Shown here in pieces: positions 10,937-20,726 of a stretch of DNA of 64,000 nt. A program made the translations under genes and the position numbers. This DNA is from Candidatus Latescibacterota bacterium (GTDB lineage Bacteria; Latescibacterota; UBA2968; UBA8231). The notes beneath the pieces were generated by a model that was given only the letters and a program-made list of their open reading frames with translations, had not been told where the DNA came from and ran no database searches. The stretch covers positions 2,464,001-2,528,000 of the forward strand of contig CBDFJF010000002.1 in NCBI GenBank assembly GCA_965248265.1, written 5' to 3'. Every line of letters begins with the position of its first letter. The stretch's first letter is position 1.

Positions 10937-12292
10937 TCAGCCGCTGCTGCGGAAACTATAGAGGTGGGCGTCACGCATGCGGAAGACCAGTTTGAGGCGC
11001 CGGCCGGCCAGCTCGGACAAGCTGCGGTCACCCGGCCAGCGCACGGTGGCGAGGTCGACCGTTCCCCTGGTTGGGACGTTGCCGGTGAAGACGGCGTGAT
11101 CGTCGCCGGAGAACCCCTGGAGCGGCCGACCGCCTTCGTCCTGGACTTCGACCTGCATGTGGCCGCCGCCGTCAAGCGGATAGCCATCGTGGTGGCGCGT
11201 CGTGGAGGCATTGAGCAGGAGATCGCCGCCGGGCCAGGTCATGGGGACGGTCACCAACTTGCCCTCCATGAAGCCGGCGCTGATGGAGGCGAAGCGGTCC
11301 ACGGTGATCGTCGCCAACCCCACGGCACTGTATTGTGGCGGCGCTTGCTTGACGTGGAAGTGGCAGTCGCTACGGCCCCCGAAATAGAACCAGAGCTGGT
11401 TACCCACCTGGACAGGTCCCGACGAGCAGCAGGTTGACCAGCCCAGGTTCCAGGGGAAGGTCGGACCGATGAAAGGCTCCGTCGTCGGCGGGCGGTGCCA
11501 CTGCTTCAGGTCGTGGCTCCAGGAGAGCTGGACCTCGATGAAGTTGGGCACATTGTGCCAGCGCTCGAGCATGCCGAGGTGAAGGTCGCCGTAAGGGAAG
11601 CCGGGCATCCCGTGGTATTCGATGTCGGCGGCGTCGATGAGATCGGGCCGGTGGATCAACTCGGGCTCGGAGAAGGATAGGAAGTCGTCGCTGCGGGCGA
11701 TGGAGACGCAGCGTGTGCCGTAGCGCTCGCGTCCCCTGGCTGTCTTCAGCGTGATCACGTACTGCCCGTCCACGCGCTCGGGCCAAAGGTACTGGACGTC
11801 GCCGCAGGGCGTCAGGATGCAGTCGCCTTCGGTCCAGTGTAGACCGTCCTCGCTGGTGGCGCCGAAGATGCCCCGGGCCTGCCCTGAGATGCCGACGCGG
11901 ATCATCTTGAAGGGGGCTGCGGTATCGTCGGGATCGTACATCACGGACGGGCAGTTCGCCGGGCGCGCGACGATGTTGTTCTTCGTACTCCCGCCGTATT
12001 CGATGGCGCCCACGACCAGTCGCTCCCAGTGTAAACCGTCATCGCTTTCGGCCACGCACATGATGGGATCCTCGAGTGGCTTGTAGGTGGTGTAGTACAG
12101 GCGCCAGCGCTCGCCGAGCCGAAGCACCGAACCGTATAGCGTGATGTTGGTGCCCTCCCAGGGCTCTTCGGGGCGCAGCACCGGCTCGGGGAAGATATCG
12201 GCCTGGTGCCACTGGCGGGTTAGCCGCTGGTGGTCCTCGATCCAGAAGTCGTCGAGGAGTAATTGGCTTCGGGTCAGGTCGGGCTCTCTCAT
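10937..12292 (-). CDS. Beta-propeller glycosidase-like protein (GH32/43/130 clan-like)
   Basis: PEEPWE, AESDDGLHW, ATSEDGLHW repeats, DRFAS and C-terminal FRMRDAHLYSF. Paralog of 18381-19832. Confidence 0.7.
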   Translation of the reverse strand: MREPDLTRSQLLLDDFWIEDHQRLTRQWHQADIFPEPVLRPEEPWEGTNITLYGSVLRLGERWRLYYTTYKPLEDPIMCVAESDDGLHWERLVVGAIEYGGSTKNNIVARPANCPSVMYDPDDTAAPFKMIRVGISGQARGIFGATSEDGLHWTEGDCILTPCGDVQYLWPERVDGQYVITLKTARGRERYGTRCVSIARSDDFLSFSEPELIHRPDLIDAADIEYHGMPGFPYGDLHLGMLERWHNVPNFIEVQLSWSHDLKQWHRPPTTEPFIGPTFPWNLGWSTCCSSGPVQVGNQLWFYFGGRSDCHFHVKQAPPQYSAVGLATITVDRFASISAGFMEGKLVTVPMTWPGGDLLLNASTTRHHDGYPLDGGGHMQVEVQDEGGRPLQGFSGDDHAVFTGNVPTRGTVDLATVRWPGDRSLSELAGRRLKLVFRMRDAHLYSFRSSG

Positions 12293-12595
12293 GAGGTTCA
12301 CTCTCGCGGTGACGACTACTCTTCTCCATCCCAATAGTTTTGGATTAAACCTTCCTGTGCGCGTGACGTGCTGAAGATCGAAAGGCGGTGTTCTATTCTT
12401 CTCCCAAATTTTTGCTCTGGAACATCCACGATGCGAACTTTCATACTCAGTCTCCTTCTGGATGCCGTCAATGTGAGGAGATTATACGCGTTATCTGAAC
12501 GCCGCCTGAATCGACCCTTCGGTCAACGTTGAGTTATAGCTTGACTCACTGACGATTATACGTTTAATCCACACTGATCGCCCCTGAACCGACAC

Positions 12596-12720
12596 CATGG
12601 TCTCCAGCGGTCCCTCGATCACGGCGAGACCTGGAGTCCGCCGTCAACATCATCGAGATTGCTGCGGCCGCCCATCGCGCCTTCACCCAATCTACTGCCT
12701 AGCGGCGAGTGGAACTTCGG
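12596..12720 (+). pseudogene. Small Asp-box (BNR) protein remnant
   Basis: Translates HGLQRSLDHGETWSPP (SxDxGxTW) in otherwise non-coding DNA. Confidence 0.35.
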
Positions 12721-12731
12721 ATTGATGTAAC

Positions 12732-13478
12732 ATGCTCAGCGATCAGTACCTCATTGAAATTGGGTTGCGTCGCGATGAGGTTCCGCATTTCTCGACCTAC
12801 CCCTTTTGCCTGGACGCAGTTCGTCATCTTAAATCGCTGGAACTTCATCCCGGCGTGACCTATTTCGTTGGTGAGAATGGGTCTGGGAAATCGACGCTTT
12901 TGGAGGCGTTGGCTGTGGCGTGGGGATTCAACGCCGAAGGAGGGACGAAAAACTTCAGTTTTGGATCGCGCCGATCACACTCGGACCTGCACAAATACTT
13001 GAGATTATCGAAGGGAACTCGAAGGCCCGAGGATGGTTTTTTCCTGCGTGCCGAGAGCTTTTTCAACGTGGCCACCGAGATCGAGCGCCTCGATGACGAA
13101 CCGGCACCTGCGCCGCTGATTATTGAGTCATATGGTGGTGTTTCGCTTCACGAGCAGTCGCACGGAGAATCGTTTCTGGCGCTTTTTATGCATCGATTCT
13201 CTGGTAATTCACTATTCATTCTCGATGAGCCGGAGGCAGCGTTATCACCCACACGGCAAATGGCGATGCTTTCCCGAATGCATCAACTGATTGGAGAGGG
13301 GAGTCAATTCATTATCGCAACGCATTCTCCTATCATCATGGCATATCCAGATGCGAAGATCTTCGCACTCGGTGCTGACGGTGTTGATCAGGTGGCGTAC
13401 GAAGACACCGAACACTTCCAGGTCACGCGGAGTTTCCTCAACTCCCGCGAGAAAATGCTCCGAGAGCTCATGTCGTAG
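12732..13478 (+). CDS. Stand-alone ABC/AAA_21-type ATPase (COG3910-like)
   Basis: Walker A GENGSGKS, QSHGESF, Walker B ILDEPE and IIATHSP. Confidence 0.9.
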   Translation: MLSDQYLIEIGLRRDEVPHFSTYPFCLDAVRHLKSLELHPGVTYFVGENGSGKSTLLEALAVAWGFNAEGGTKNFSFGSRRSHSDLHKYLRLSKGTRRPEDGFFLRAESFFNVATEIERLDDEPAPAPLIIESYGGVSLHEQSHGESFLALFMHRFSGNSLFILDEPEAALSPTRQMAMLSRMHQLIGEGSQFIIATHSPIIMAYPDAKIFALGADGVDQVAYEDTEHFQVTRSFLNSREKMLRELMS

Positions 13479-13623
13479 CAGATGAGCGCTGGATTTGGTT
13501 GAGATTCGGGGGATCGGCGCAAAAAACGGCCCGGAGCCTTTTCCGCGAGTTGGGTGTGGCTGATCTTCCCGGTTTGCGGGCGGCGAAGGGCTTCGGACCC
13601 AAAACCATTCAGAAGGTTGCCCC

Positions 13624-14580
13624 ATGACAATAGCGATGACCGATAAACAGAAAGATGAACTCAACGCGCAGGGGTTCACGGTGTTGGAGAGTGTTTTGGA
13701 CCCGTCCGAGTTGGAGCGCCTGTCGGCGGCGATGGACGAGGTGGCGGACCAGCTTCGAAGCGTGCGTGGCGCAGGTCCCGATGACAGTGTCGTCGTCCGC
13801 AACTCGGTGGCTCGCCACGAAGCCATATTGGACTTGCTCGATCATCCCCGCATTCTGCCGTTGGTCGTCGATGCGATCGGCTGGAACATTCAGAATCGCG
13901 ATAGCACGTTTGATTACAAAGCCCCGCAGCCTGGCAACGCAGATCCCGACCGGCTGTCGCTCGGTTGGCATTTCGACTACGAAGAAGAATTCGCTGGCAC
14001 GACGATAGACGGACGCATGCCGCTGCTGGACTTCAAGGTCGGGTGGTACGTGTCGGATCATACTGAGCCCGGTCACAGCACCATCCTTCTCGTGCCCGGT
14101 AGCTACGAATGGACTCCGGAACAACGCGCCACCTGGGAGACCTGGCTTGATCCCGAGGAAATTTTCGAGTTGCGCGTTCCGGCCGGCAGCGCCATGCTCT
14201 GGCGGCCCACCGTCATGCACAGTGTGACTCCGAACCTTTCGAAGAGCTTCCGCAAGGCCCTCTACATCAGCTACGCGCCCAGGTGGATACGGCCGAGCGG
14301 GTACGTTGAGCAGGATCCAGAGTTGATCGAACGCAGTTCGCCGATCCGGCGGCAGCTGTTGGGGGCCACGGGCGATGGCTCCCCTCTGCTGGGAAGAGAT
14401 CCGATCGGGAATCCGTCGTCGCAATACTGGTTTACCGACAACTGGGAAAGTGTTCCGCTGAAGGCGTGGGCTGAAGAGCGCGCTGGTCCCGGGCCGTACG
14501 ACTGGGGACTGGGTTACGGGGCGACGTTTACGAAGGGACCGGGCTTCCAGTTTGACCGCGTGAAGATTCCGAAGCGGTAG
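13624..14580 (+). CDS. Phytanoyl-CoA dioxygenase (PhyH) family protein
   Basis: QGFTVLESVL, WHFD (HxD), LVPGS and distal His in MHSVTPN. Confidence 0.85.
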   Translation: MTIAMTDKQKDELNAQGFTVLESVLDPSELERLSAAMDEVADQLRSVRGAGPDDSVVVRNSVARHEAILDLLDHPRILPLVVDAIGWNIQNRDSTFDYKAPQPGNADPDRLSLGWHFDYEEEFAGTTIDGRMPLLDFKVGWYVSDHTEPGHSTILLVPGSYEWTPEQRATWETWLDPEEIFELRVPAGSAMLWRPTVMHSVTPNLSKSFRKALYISYAPRWIRPSGYVEQDPELIERSSPIRRQLLGATGDGSPLLGRDPIGNPSSQYWFTDNWESVPLKAWAEERAGPGPYDWGLGYGATFTKGPGFQFDRVKIPKR

Positions 14581-14605
14581 TCTTGAAGAGGAGCTTTGCT
14601 GAGTG

Positions 14606-15730
14606 ATGGACGCAAGAGTGAAACAAGCGGTTCGGCGACTTCTGCAGGAACTCGTCAATCAGGATCGAGCCAGGGTGGTTGTCTCCGCATACGCGTCGGG
14701 ACCCGGCTACTGGTTCGGTGGAGGCAACCTGCTCCGGGACCAGGACGGGGTCTGGTGGTTGTGCGGTCGGTATCGCAATGCCGGGGACTCGAGGACCGGA
14801 TTGGCCGCGGGAGAAAGAGGACTGGAGTGCGCCGTGTTTCGCTCCGACGACTCTGCCCGCAGCTTCGCCAAAGTGTTGAGTTGGTCCAGAGAGGATCTGT
14901 CCGGACCCGGCGCCCAAGTTGTGTCGATTGAAGGAACGGCTCTGCATCGGTTGGCCGACGGCACAGTGGAACTGTTCATTTCTTCAGAAAAAGAGCGTCC
15001 CTACCCGGACCATCTCACGTCCTATCAAAAACCAGGCACGGGAGTGTGGTCGATCGACCGCATGGCTGCGAGATCGGTTGAGGAGTTGGATCCTGCCACA
15101 CTGGTACCCGTATTGGAGAATCGCGACATGCCGGAGTATCTGCACCTGAAAGATCCGGTTGTATTTGACGACGCGACAGGAGCGACTGTCATGTTGTTCT
15201 GCTCTCATCCCCACACCTGGGCATCGGGTAATACAGGCCTGGCCATCCGGCGTCCGGACAGCACGTATTTCGAGATCGAGTCCTGGGAGGTGGTATCTCG
15301 CGGCGCTGCCTGGGATGTAGCTTCCACGAGGATAACAGGATGCGTTCGAATCCCGGCTGTCGGGGTCCTCTCGAGTGAGCGGCCCTTTACGGCGTATTTC
15401 TACGATGGCAGCGAATGTGTCCGTGAACTGGAGGAGAGCGACCGGGCGCACAAGCGGCCGCGGGGCTATTCATGCGAAGAGATCGGTGGGGCTTTTCTCG
15501 GGTGGGACGATAGCCTCGCCGACCTTGACCGACTCTCGGCAACAGAGCCTTTTTTCGTATCACCACACGGTACCGGTTGCAGTCGATACATGGACGTTGT
15601 GCGTACACCGGATGGCCTGCTCGCGACGTGGCAACAATCGCAGCCAGACAGATCGCAACCGCTGGTGAGTCACTTCATTTCCCTGGACGCGGTTGAGAGT
15701 GCACTGCAGGAGCGTAGCGCAGGGTGCTGA
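14606..15730 (+). CDS. Conserved hypothetical protein, probable beta-propeller (glycosidase-like)
   Basis: Long ORF with GYWFGGG, GRYRNAGDSR and HLKDP. Its stop codon lies inside the oriIS remnant. Confidence 0.6.
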   Translation: MDARVKQAVRRLLQELVNQDRARVVVSAYASGPGYWFGGGNLLRDQDGVWWLCGRYRNAGDSRTGLAAGERGLECAVFRSDDSARSFAKVLSWSREDLSGPGAQVVSIEGTALHRLADGTVELFISSEKERPYPDHLTSYQKPGTGVWSIDRMAARSVEELDPATLVPVLENRDMPEYLHLKDPVVFDDATGATVMLFCSHPHTWASGNTGLAIRRPDSTYFEIESWEVVSRGAAWDVASTRITGCVRIPAVGVLSSERPFTAYFYDGSECVRELEESDRAHKRPRGYSCEEIGGAFLGWDDSLADLDRLSATEPFFVSPHGTGCSRYMDVVRTPDGLLATWQQSQPDRSQPLVSHFISLDAVESALQERSAGC

Positions 15731-15771
15731 GGAATCTAAATTATCTATGAAGCTGCTTACAGTGCCTAACC
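15727..15771 (+). repeat. oriIS-end remnant (45 bp)
   Basis: CTGAGGAATCTAAATTATCTATGAAGCTGCTTACAGTGCCTAACC matches the ends of 3057-3284 and 3724-3932. Followed by GTAC. Confidence 0.75.
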
Positions 15772-15900
15772 GTACCGATTTCAGCCGACGCTCCTTACGC
15801 AGCAATCTGGTGCTGCGCTGGGAGTACCGTCCGGACAACTCCCTGTTCGTGGTCTGGCAGCAGAATCACAGCGCCTCTCCCGACGGGGCCGAATCCGCTT
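15772..15900 (+). pseudogene. 3' fragment of an outer-membrane beta-barrel gene (DUF5916-like)
   Basis: TDFSRRSLRSNLVLRWEYRPDNSLFVVWQQ begins immediately after the oriIS remnant. Confidence 0.6.
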
Positions 15901-15930
15901 CAGGCCGGCGGACCTGCGTCTAGGGAGCCA

Positions 15931-17175
15931 TTGATGGGTACCCGCATCCGCATCTCAAATGTCACCGTCGTCGACGTCACCGACCAGCAGTTGCTTCCAG
16001 ACCGTGACGTACTCGTCGACGGTGATCGCATAGACGCCGTTCTCAGCGCCGGCGCTGACCGGTCGTCCGCCGCGACCGAAACCATCGACGCCTCCGGCCT
16101 TTTCCTCTGCCCCGGTCTCATCGACAGCCACGTCCATTTTTTTCTCGACGCGGGTGGCGATCCGCGCGGCAGTTTCCTGCAGGCTACGGAAGAGGAGCGC
16201 TGGAACTGCGCCGCACGCAATGCTGCCATCGCTCTCGAAGCCGGCATCACGACGATGCGCGATTGTGCCGCACCGGCGGACCAGATGTTCGCCCTGCAGC
16301 GCGAGATCGAGGCCGGCCGGCTGCCGGGTCCCCACATTCTCAGTTGCGGCTACGCCATCATGCGCCCGGCGGGCCACTGTCACTTCCTCGGCGGTGCCGA
16401 AGTCACTGACAGTGCCCAGGTGAGGGCCGTCATCGAACACCAGTTGTCACAAGGGGCCGGCTACGTCAAGCTCATGGCATCCGGCGGCGGACTGACTCCA
16501 GGCACGGTGCCACACGAGGCGGATCTGGGCTTGGAGCTAATGCAAACGGCTGCCACAGTGGCGCGGGCCAACGGTGTCCACATTACTGCGCACTGCCACG
16601 CTACCGAGAGCATACTCCGCGCGCTTGAGGCCCAACTGCCGCAGATCGAGCACGCCACCTTCGTCGAGCCTCCCGGTCGCTACCGCTACGACGACGAAGT
16701 CGCCCGCCGCGTGCGTGACAGCGGTGCGGCCATCGCTCCGACCGTGTTCGGCGCACTGAAAACGGCGCAGCGCTTCCGCGTCAGCGGCTCCCACAACCCG
16801 AACGACACGGCCGCTGTCGAACGGCTCGAGGGCCGGTTGACGAACACGACCCACTTCCATGCGCTTGGTATTCCCATGATGGCCGGTACCGACTGCGGTG
16901 CCACCGACACACCCTTTGACGCGCTCGTAGACGAGCTCCACACCTACGTGAGAGCGGGCATCCCCCAGCCCCAGGTCGTCGCCATGGCCACCTGCGGCAA
17001 TGCCCGTCTGCTCGGCCTGCCCGAGATCGGAGCTGTCGCGACGGGCATGCGCGCCGATCTCGTCCTGCTGGCAGCCAATCCTTTCGCAGACCTCGACGTC
17101 CTGCGCACCCCCCTGAAAGTGCTCAAGTCGGGGAGCGTTGTCTGCGACCGGCAGCGTGCCGTGACACCCAGATAG
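15931..17175 (+). CDS. Metal-dependent amidohydrolase (prolidase/imidazolonepropionase-like)
   Basis: PGLIDSHVH, KLMASGG, AHCH, IEH and AGTD motifs. Confidence 0.9.
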   Translation: MMGTRIRISNVTVVDVTDQQLLPDRDVLVDGDRIDAVLSAGADRSSAATETIDASGLFLCPGLIDSHVHFFLDAGGDPRGSFLQATEEERWNCAARNAAIALEAGITTMRDCAAPADQMFALQREIEAGRLPGPHILSCGYAIMRPAGHCHFLGGAEVTDSAQVRAVIEHQLSQGAGYVKLMASGGGLTPGTVPHEADLGLELMQTAATVARANGVHITAHCHATESILRALEAQLPQIEHATFVEPPGRYRYDDEVARRVRDSGAAIAPTVFGALKTAQRFRVSGSHNPNDTAAVERLEGRLTNTTHFHALGIPMMAGTDCGATDTPFDALVDELHTYVRAGIPQPQVVAMATCGNARLLGLPEIGAVATGMRADLVLLAANPFADLDVLRTPLKVLKSGSVVCDRQRAVTPR

Positions 17176-17376
17176 CTGCCGCGTCCGTTACTCCAGTAGC
17201 CATCGCAGGCAGCCCGCCCTTTCTGCATTTCACATCTTGCTCATATCTTTTAGTATTGCCTCTTCTATCACGATCTTTGGCAGAGCACTGTTCCCCATTT
17301 TTCACGTCACCCATCTTCCCATGGAGTGTTGGTTGTGAATGGATCAGAAAGTCGCGGTTCCGGCCCGGAACCGAGC

Positions 17377-18336
17377 ATGATGCTATCGCCGGCGCAGTTG
17401 GACGAGTTCAAAGCGGAGGGGGCGGTAGCGATTCCAGGATTGGTACCGCCAGATGTGCTCGACGGGTGGCGGGCCGAGATACGCGCGGCCTGCTCCGGCG
17501 GTGTCGACCTCGAAGACCCCGGCACCTGGCCCAACGGGCGCTGGGCACCCACGGGTGGCTGGCCAGAGCTCAGCCCCAACCTGTACGACTTGCAGAGCCT
17601 GCAGTCCATCGTGGAGCAGATCGGTGGTGGCGCCTTTGCCCCGTCCAGCCCAGCGGGGTTGCCGCCAAAACCGCAGGTGCCGATGACGCGGGTGATCCTG
17701 CCGGATGCCCCGGGCACGGAGTGGGCCCCCCCGGTCAACAACGGTCACCTCGATGGGTACGCCGGAGGCTGGGGCGGTGGGTTCATGGCCATCTTCGCAG
17801 TGCTGCTGTGGGATGTCAGCAGCCCCAGGGGCGGAGGCACGGCCTACTGGCCAAGGTCCCACCTGGCTAACCACCGTCATTTCCTCAAGCACCCCGAGCA
17901 GTTCGACGGCTCCTACCTCTTCACAGAGCCAGTGAAGAGCGGCGGGCACCTGGCGCTCCTGGAGGGGGACCCCAGTGTGGGAGAGCTGGTATGCATGACC
18001 GGACGAGCTGGCGATGCCATGCTGTTCCACGGCCTCACCACGCACGTCGGCTCGTCCAACGCGGCGGGGTCGCGCCAACCGCGGGTGACACAGTTTGCGC
18101 GGTACACCCACAGGAAAATGCGCGAGCAGGCACCGATGGTCATGTTTCCTGACAAGGATGGCAAGCCCTGGTCGCGCCCCAAAGACCCTGGCAACACCGC
18201 GGTGGCTGAAGAGCAAGAGAAGGCAACAGGTTTTCTACCGCCGGATCACCCGGGCCGGAAGCTCGAGCGATACGACGTACCGCAGAATCTCTGGAAATAC
18301 TGGGCCCCTGCTCTCAACGCCGAAGCCCCTGTGTAG
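17377..18336 (+). CDS. PhyH-like dioxygenase
   Basis: LDEFKAEGAV, GHLDGY, WPRSH and GDAMLFHGLTTH. Start position uncertain. Confidence 0.75.
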   Translation: MMLSPAQLDEFKAEGAVAIPGLVPPDVLDGWRAEIRAACSGGVDLEDPGTWPNGRWAPTGGWPELSPNLYDLQSLQSIVEQIGGGAFAPSSPAGLPPKPQVPMTRVILPDAPGTEWAPPVNNGHLDGYAGGWGGGFMAIFAVLLWDVSSPRGGGTAYWPRSHLANHRHFLKHPEQFDGSYLFTEPVKSGGHLALLEGDPSVGELVCMTGRAGDAMLFHGLTTHVGSSNAAGSRQPRVTQFARYTHRKMREQAPMVMFPDKDGKPWSRPKDPGNTAVAEEQEKATGFLPPDHPGRKLERYDVPQNLWKYWAPALNAEAPV

Positions 18337-18380
18337 GTGCCGGCGAACCACCCCTGACCGGCCATAGAGGAGGAGTAGGC

Positions 18381-19832
18381 GTGGCAGTTCACATAGGTAC
18401 CGAACGGCAACTCTTTCTCGACGACCACGTCGTCGAGAGCACCGACGGTCTTGGGCGGGTCCAACAGCAGCCCGACAAACTGGACCTGCCCGTCATCGTC
18501 GGCGACAAACCCTGGGAGCAATCGAAAACCGCCATCAACGGCAACTCCTTGCATTACGATACCGAGGAAGAGTGCTACAAGGCGTGGTACGACACCGGTG
18601 GTGGAGTCGCCTACGCGATATCCTCGGACGGCATTGACTGGGAGAAACCGAGGCTGGGGATCATCGAGAAGGATGGCTCACGAGACAACAACCTCGTCAG
18701 CGCAGGGCGAGGCTTCAGCGTCGTGAAGGACATTGACGACGAGGATCCGTCACGGAAGTACAAGGCGATGTACTGGCACTCGCGGCGCGAGCCGGAGATG
18801 CCCTGGGGCGGCAAGGGACATTTTGTAGCCTTCTCGGCCGACGGAATCCACTGGAAAGATCATCCAGAGAATCCGGTCGTCGACTACCGAAACGGCCTGA
18901 CCGACGGCCAGTTCGTTCTGGGCCGGGACCCCAACCACGGCAAGTACGTTGCGTACATGCGACCCGGCGTGGAATTCTACGACCCGCCGAAAAGAACCTC
19001 AGCGTGGGTGGCAAGCGATGATTTCGTCAACTGGGGTCCACCCGTTCTTGCCGTCGCGCCCGACGATGAAGATGGAGTCGATACCGAGTACTACCGAATG
19101 ACGGTGGCGAAGTACGAAGGCGTGTACATCGGGTTCATCTGGGTCTACTACAACGACGTCGAGTTCGCCGACCAATCGCGAGATACCATGCTTGCCTTCA
19201 GCCGCAATGGAATCTCGTGGAGCAAGCCATGTCCCACTGACAGGTTCCTTGGACGGGGCCGGAAAGGAGATTGGGACTCCGAGTTCGCCATGGCTTGTAA
19301 GCTGATCCCCTTTGAGGACGAACTCAGGGTCTTCTATTCGGGGGGGAACATACCTCACGACGTCAAAGGAGCTGATGGAAAGAAAGGATCGGTCCGGGAT
19401 TGGCCGGGTTCGGTCATTGACGGGGAGTACAGGGCCTATGCGGTGGGCCTCGCCAAGCTCAGGCGTGATGGTTTTGTCGCCATTCAGCCGCAGGCGAGCG
19501 AAGGCACGTTGACGACCAGGCCGCTCACGTTCCTGGGCAGCAGACTCCGCATGAACGCAGACAGCACGAAGGGAAGAATCGAGGTGGAAGTGCTCGATGA
19601 GAGAGGTCGACTGGTCGAAGGCTACTCCCGCGCCGATTGCATACCCGTGTCAGCCGACTCGACGGACCACACCGTACGGTGGACGGGAGGAAGAGACCTG
19701 GTCCATGCCGACGATACCGCCGCCGACATCGGAGGCTCGAACTGGACAGCGTTCAAGTCGCGGCTCAGGCAGCCTGTCAGGCTCAGGTTCTATCTCAACG
19801 ACGCGAAAATGTATTCCTTCTGGGTGGAATAG
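18381..19832 (+). CDS. Beta-propeller glycosidase-like protein
   Basis: RQLFLDD, SSDGIDW, SADGIHW, LRRDGF and C-terminal DAKMYSF. GAGGAG RBS. Confidence 0.75.
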   Translation: MAVHIGTERQLFLDDHVVESTDGLGRVQQQPDKLDLPVIVGDKPWEQSKTAINGNSLHYDTEEECYKAWYDTGGGVAYAISSDGIDWEKPRLGIIEKDGSRDNNLVSAGRGFSVVKDIDDEDPSRKYKAMYWHSRREPEMPWGGKGHFVAFSADGIHWKDHPENPVVDYRNGLTDGQFVLGRDPNHGKYVAYMRPGVEFYDPPKRTSAWVASDDFVNWGPPVLAVAPDDEDGVDTEYYRMTVAKYEGVYIGFIWVYYNDVEFADQSRDTMLAFSRNGISWSKPCPTDRFLGRGRKGDWDSEFAMACKLIPFEDELRVFYSGGNIPHDVKGADGKKGSVRDWPGSVIDGEYRAYAVGLAKLRRDGFVAIQPQASEGTLTTRPLTFLGSRLRMNADSTKGRIEVEVLDERGRLVEGYSRADCIPVSADSTDHTVRWTGGRDLVHADDTAADIGGSNWTAFKSRLRQPVRLRFYLNDAKMYSFWVE

Positions 19833-19853
19833 TTCTTCAAAGGAATTTCGACA

Positions 19854-20720
19854 ATGGTTTCTCGAACCCCACTCAAACTCGCCTGCGCCGATTTCAGTTT
19901 CCCTCTGCTGTCACATGAGGATGCCCTCGACCTCGTGGCCAGACTCGGCTTTGAGGGGGTTGATATCGGACTGTTCCCGAGCCGCTCTCACTTCCAACCA
20001 AAAGACTACGTCAAGAGAATCCCTGCAGCGGCCAGAGACCTGAGCGCCAGAGTCCGGGATCGTGGCCTTGAGTTTGCCGATATCTTTCTGCAGCCCTCCG
20101 CCTCTGTTGAGGAGATGGCACCCAATCATCCAAACGCCACCCAGCGCCGCCGCTGGCGCGACCTGTACGCGCGGACCCTCGAGTTCACCGTGCGCTGCAA
20201 CGCCTCGCACATGACGACGTTGCCCGGCGTTCATTTCGAAACGGAACCGCTGGCGGATTCGCTGCAGCGCTGCAGCGACGAACTGGCCTGGTGTGTCGAA
20301 CAGGCGGAGGCGGCCGGCGTCGTTTTTTCGGTTGAGGCTCACATGTGGTCGCTGGCGCCAAAAACAAAACTGGCGGCTCGACTTGTGCGCATGACGAAGG
20401 GGCTGACACTCACCCTCGACTACGGACACTATACGGCGCAGGGAGAGAGCGATCGGGCAATTGAACCCCTGGTCAAACACGCCTCCCATTTCCACGCCCG
20501 CGCCGCCTGCAAAGGGCTTCTACAAACCACACTGGCCGACAACACCGTCGGTTTTCCTGGCGTTGTTAAGGAGATGAAGAGGACCGGCTACAAGGGTTAT
20601 CTCGGGGTCGAATACGTGCGCATGGACGTTGATGTCGTGCCGGACGTGGACAATCTCTCGGAGACGATCCTCATGCGGGACTTGCTGACGAAAGCCTGGG
20701 GGATCCGGAAGGATCACTGA
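19854..20720 (+). CDS. Sugar phosphate isomerase/epimerase (TIM barrel)
   Basis: LGFEGVD, VEAH, LDYGH, HFH and GYLGVEY metal-ligand pattern. Confidence 0.85.
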   Translation: MVSRTPLKLACADFSFPLLSHEDALDLVARLGFEGVDIGLFPSRSHFQPKDYVKRIPAAARDLSARVRDRGLEFADIFLQPSASVEEMAPNHPNATQRRRWRDLYARTLEFTVRCNASHMTTLPGVHFETEPLADSLQRCSDELAWCVEQAEAAGVVFSVEAHMWSLAPKTKLAARLVRMTKGLTLTLDYGHYTAQGESDRAIEPLVKHASHFHARAACKGLLQTTLADNTVGFPGVVKEMKRTGYKGYLGVEYVRMDVDVVPDVDNLSETILMRDLLTKAWGIRKDH

Positions 20721-20726
20721 CCAAAC

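Noticed and set aside
12732-13478. ATPase as part of an anti-phage defence system
   Set aside because: No partner nuclease or effector gene is adjacent.
13500-13610. Possible REP-like intergenic element
   Set aside because: Only one copy seen in the window; not supportable.
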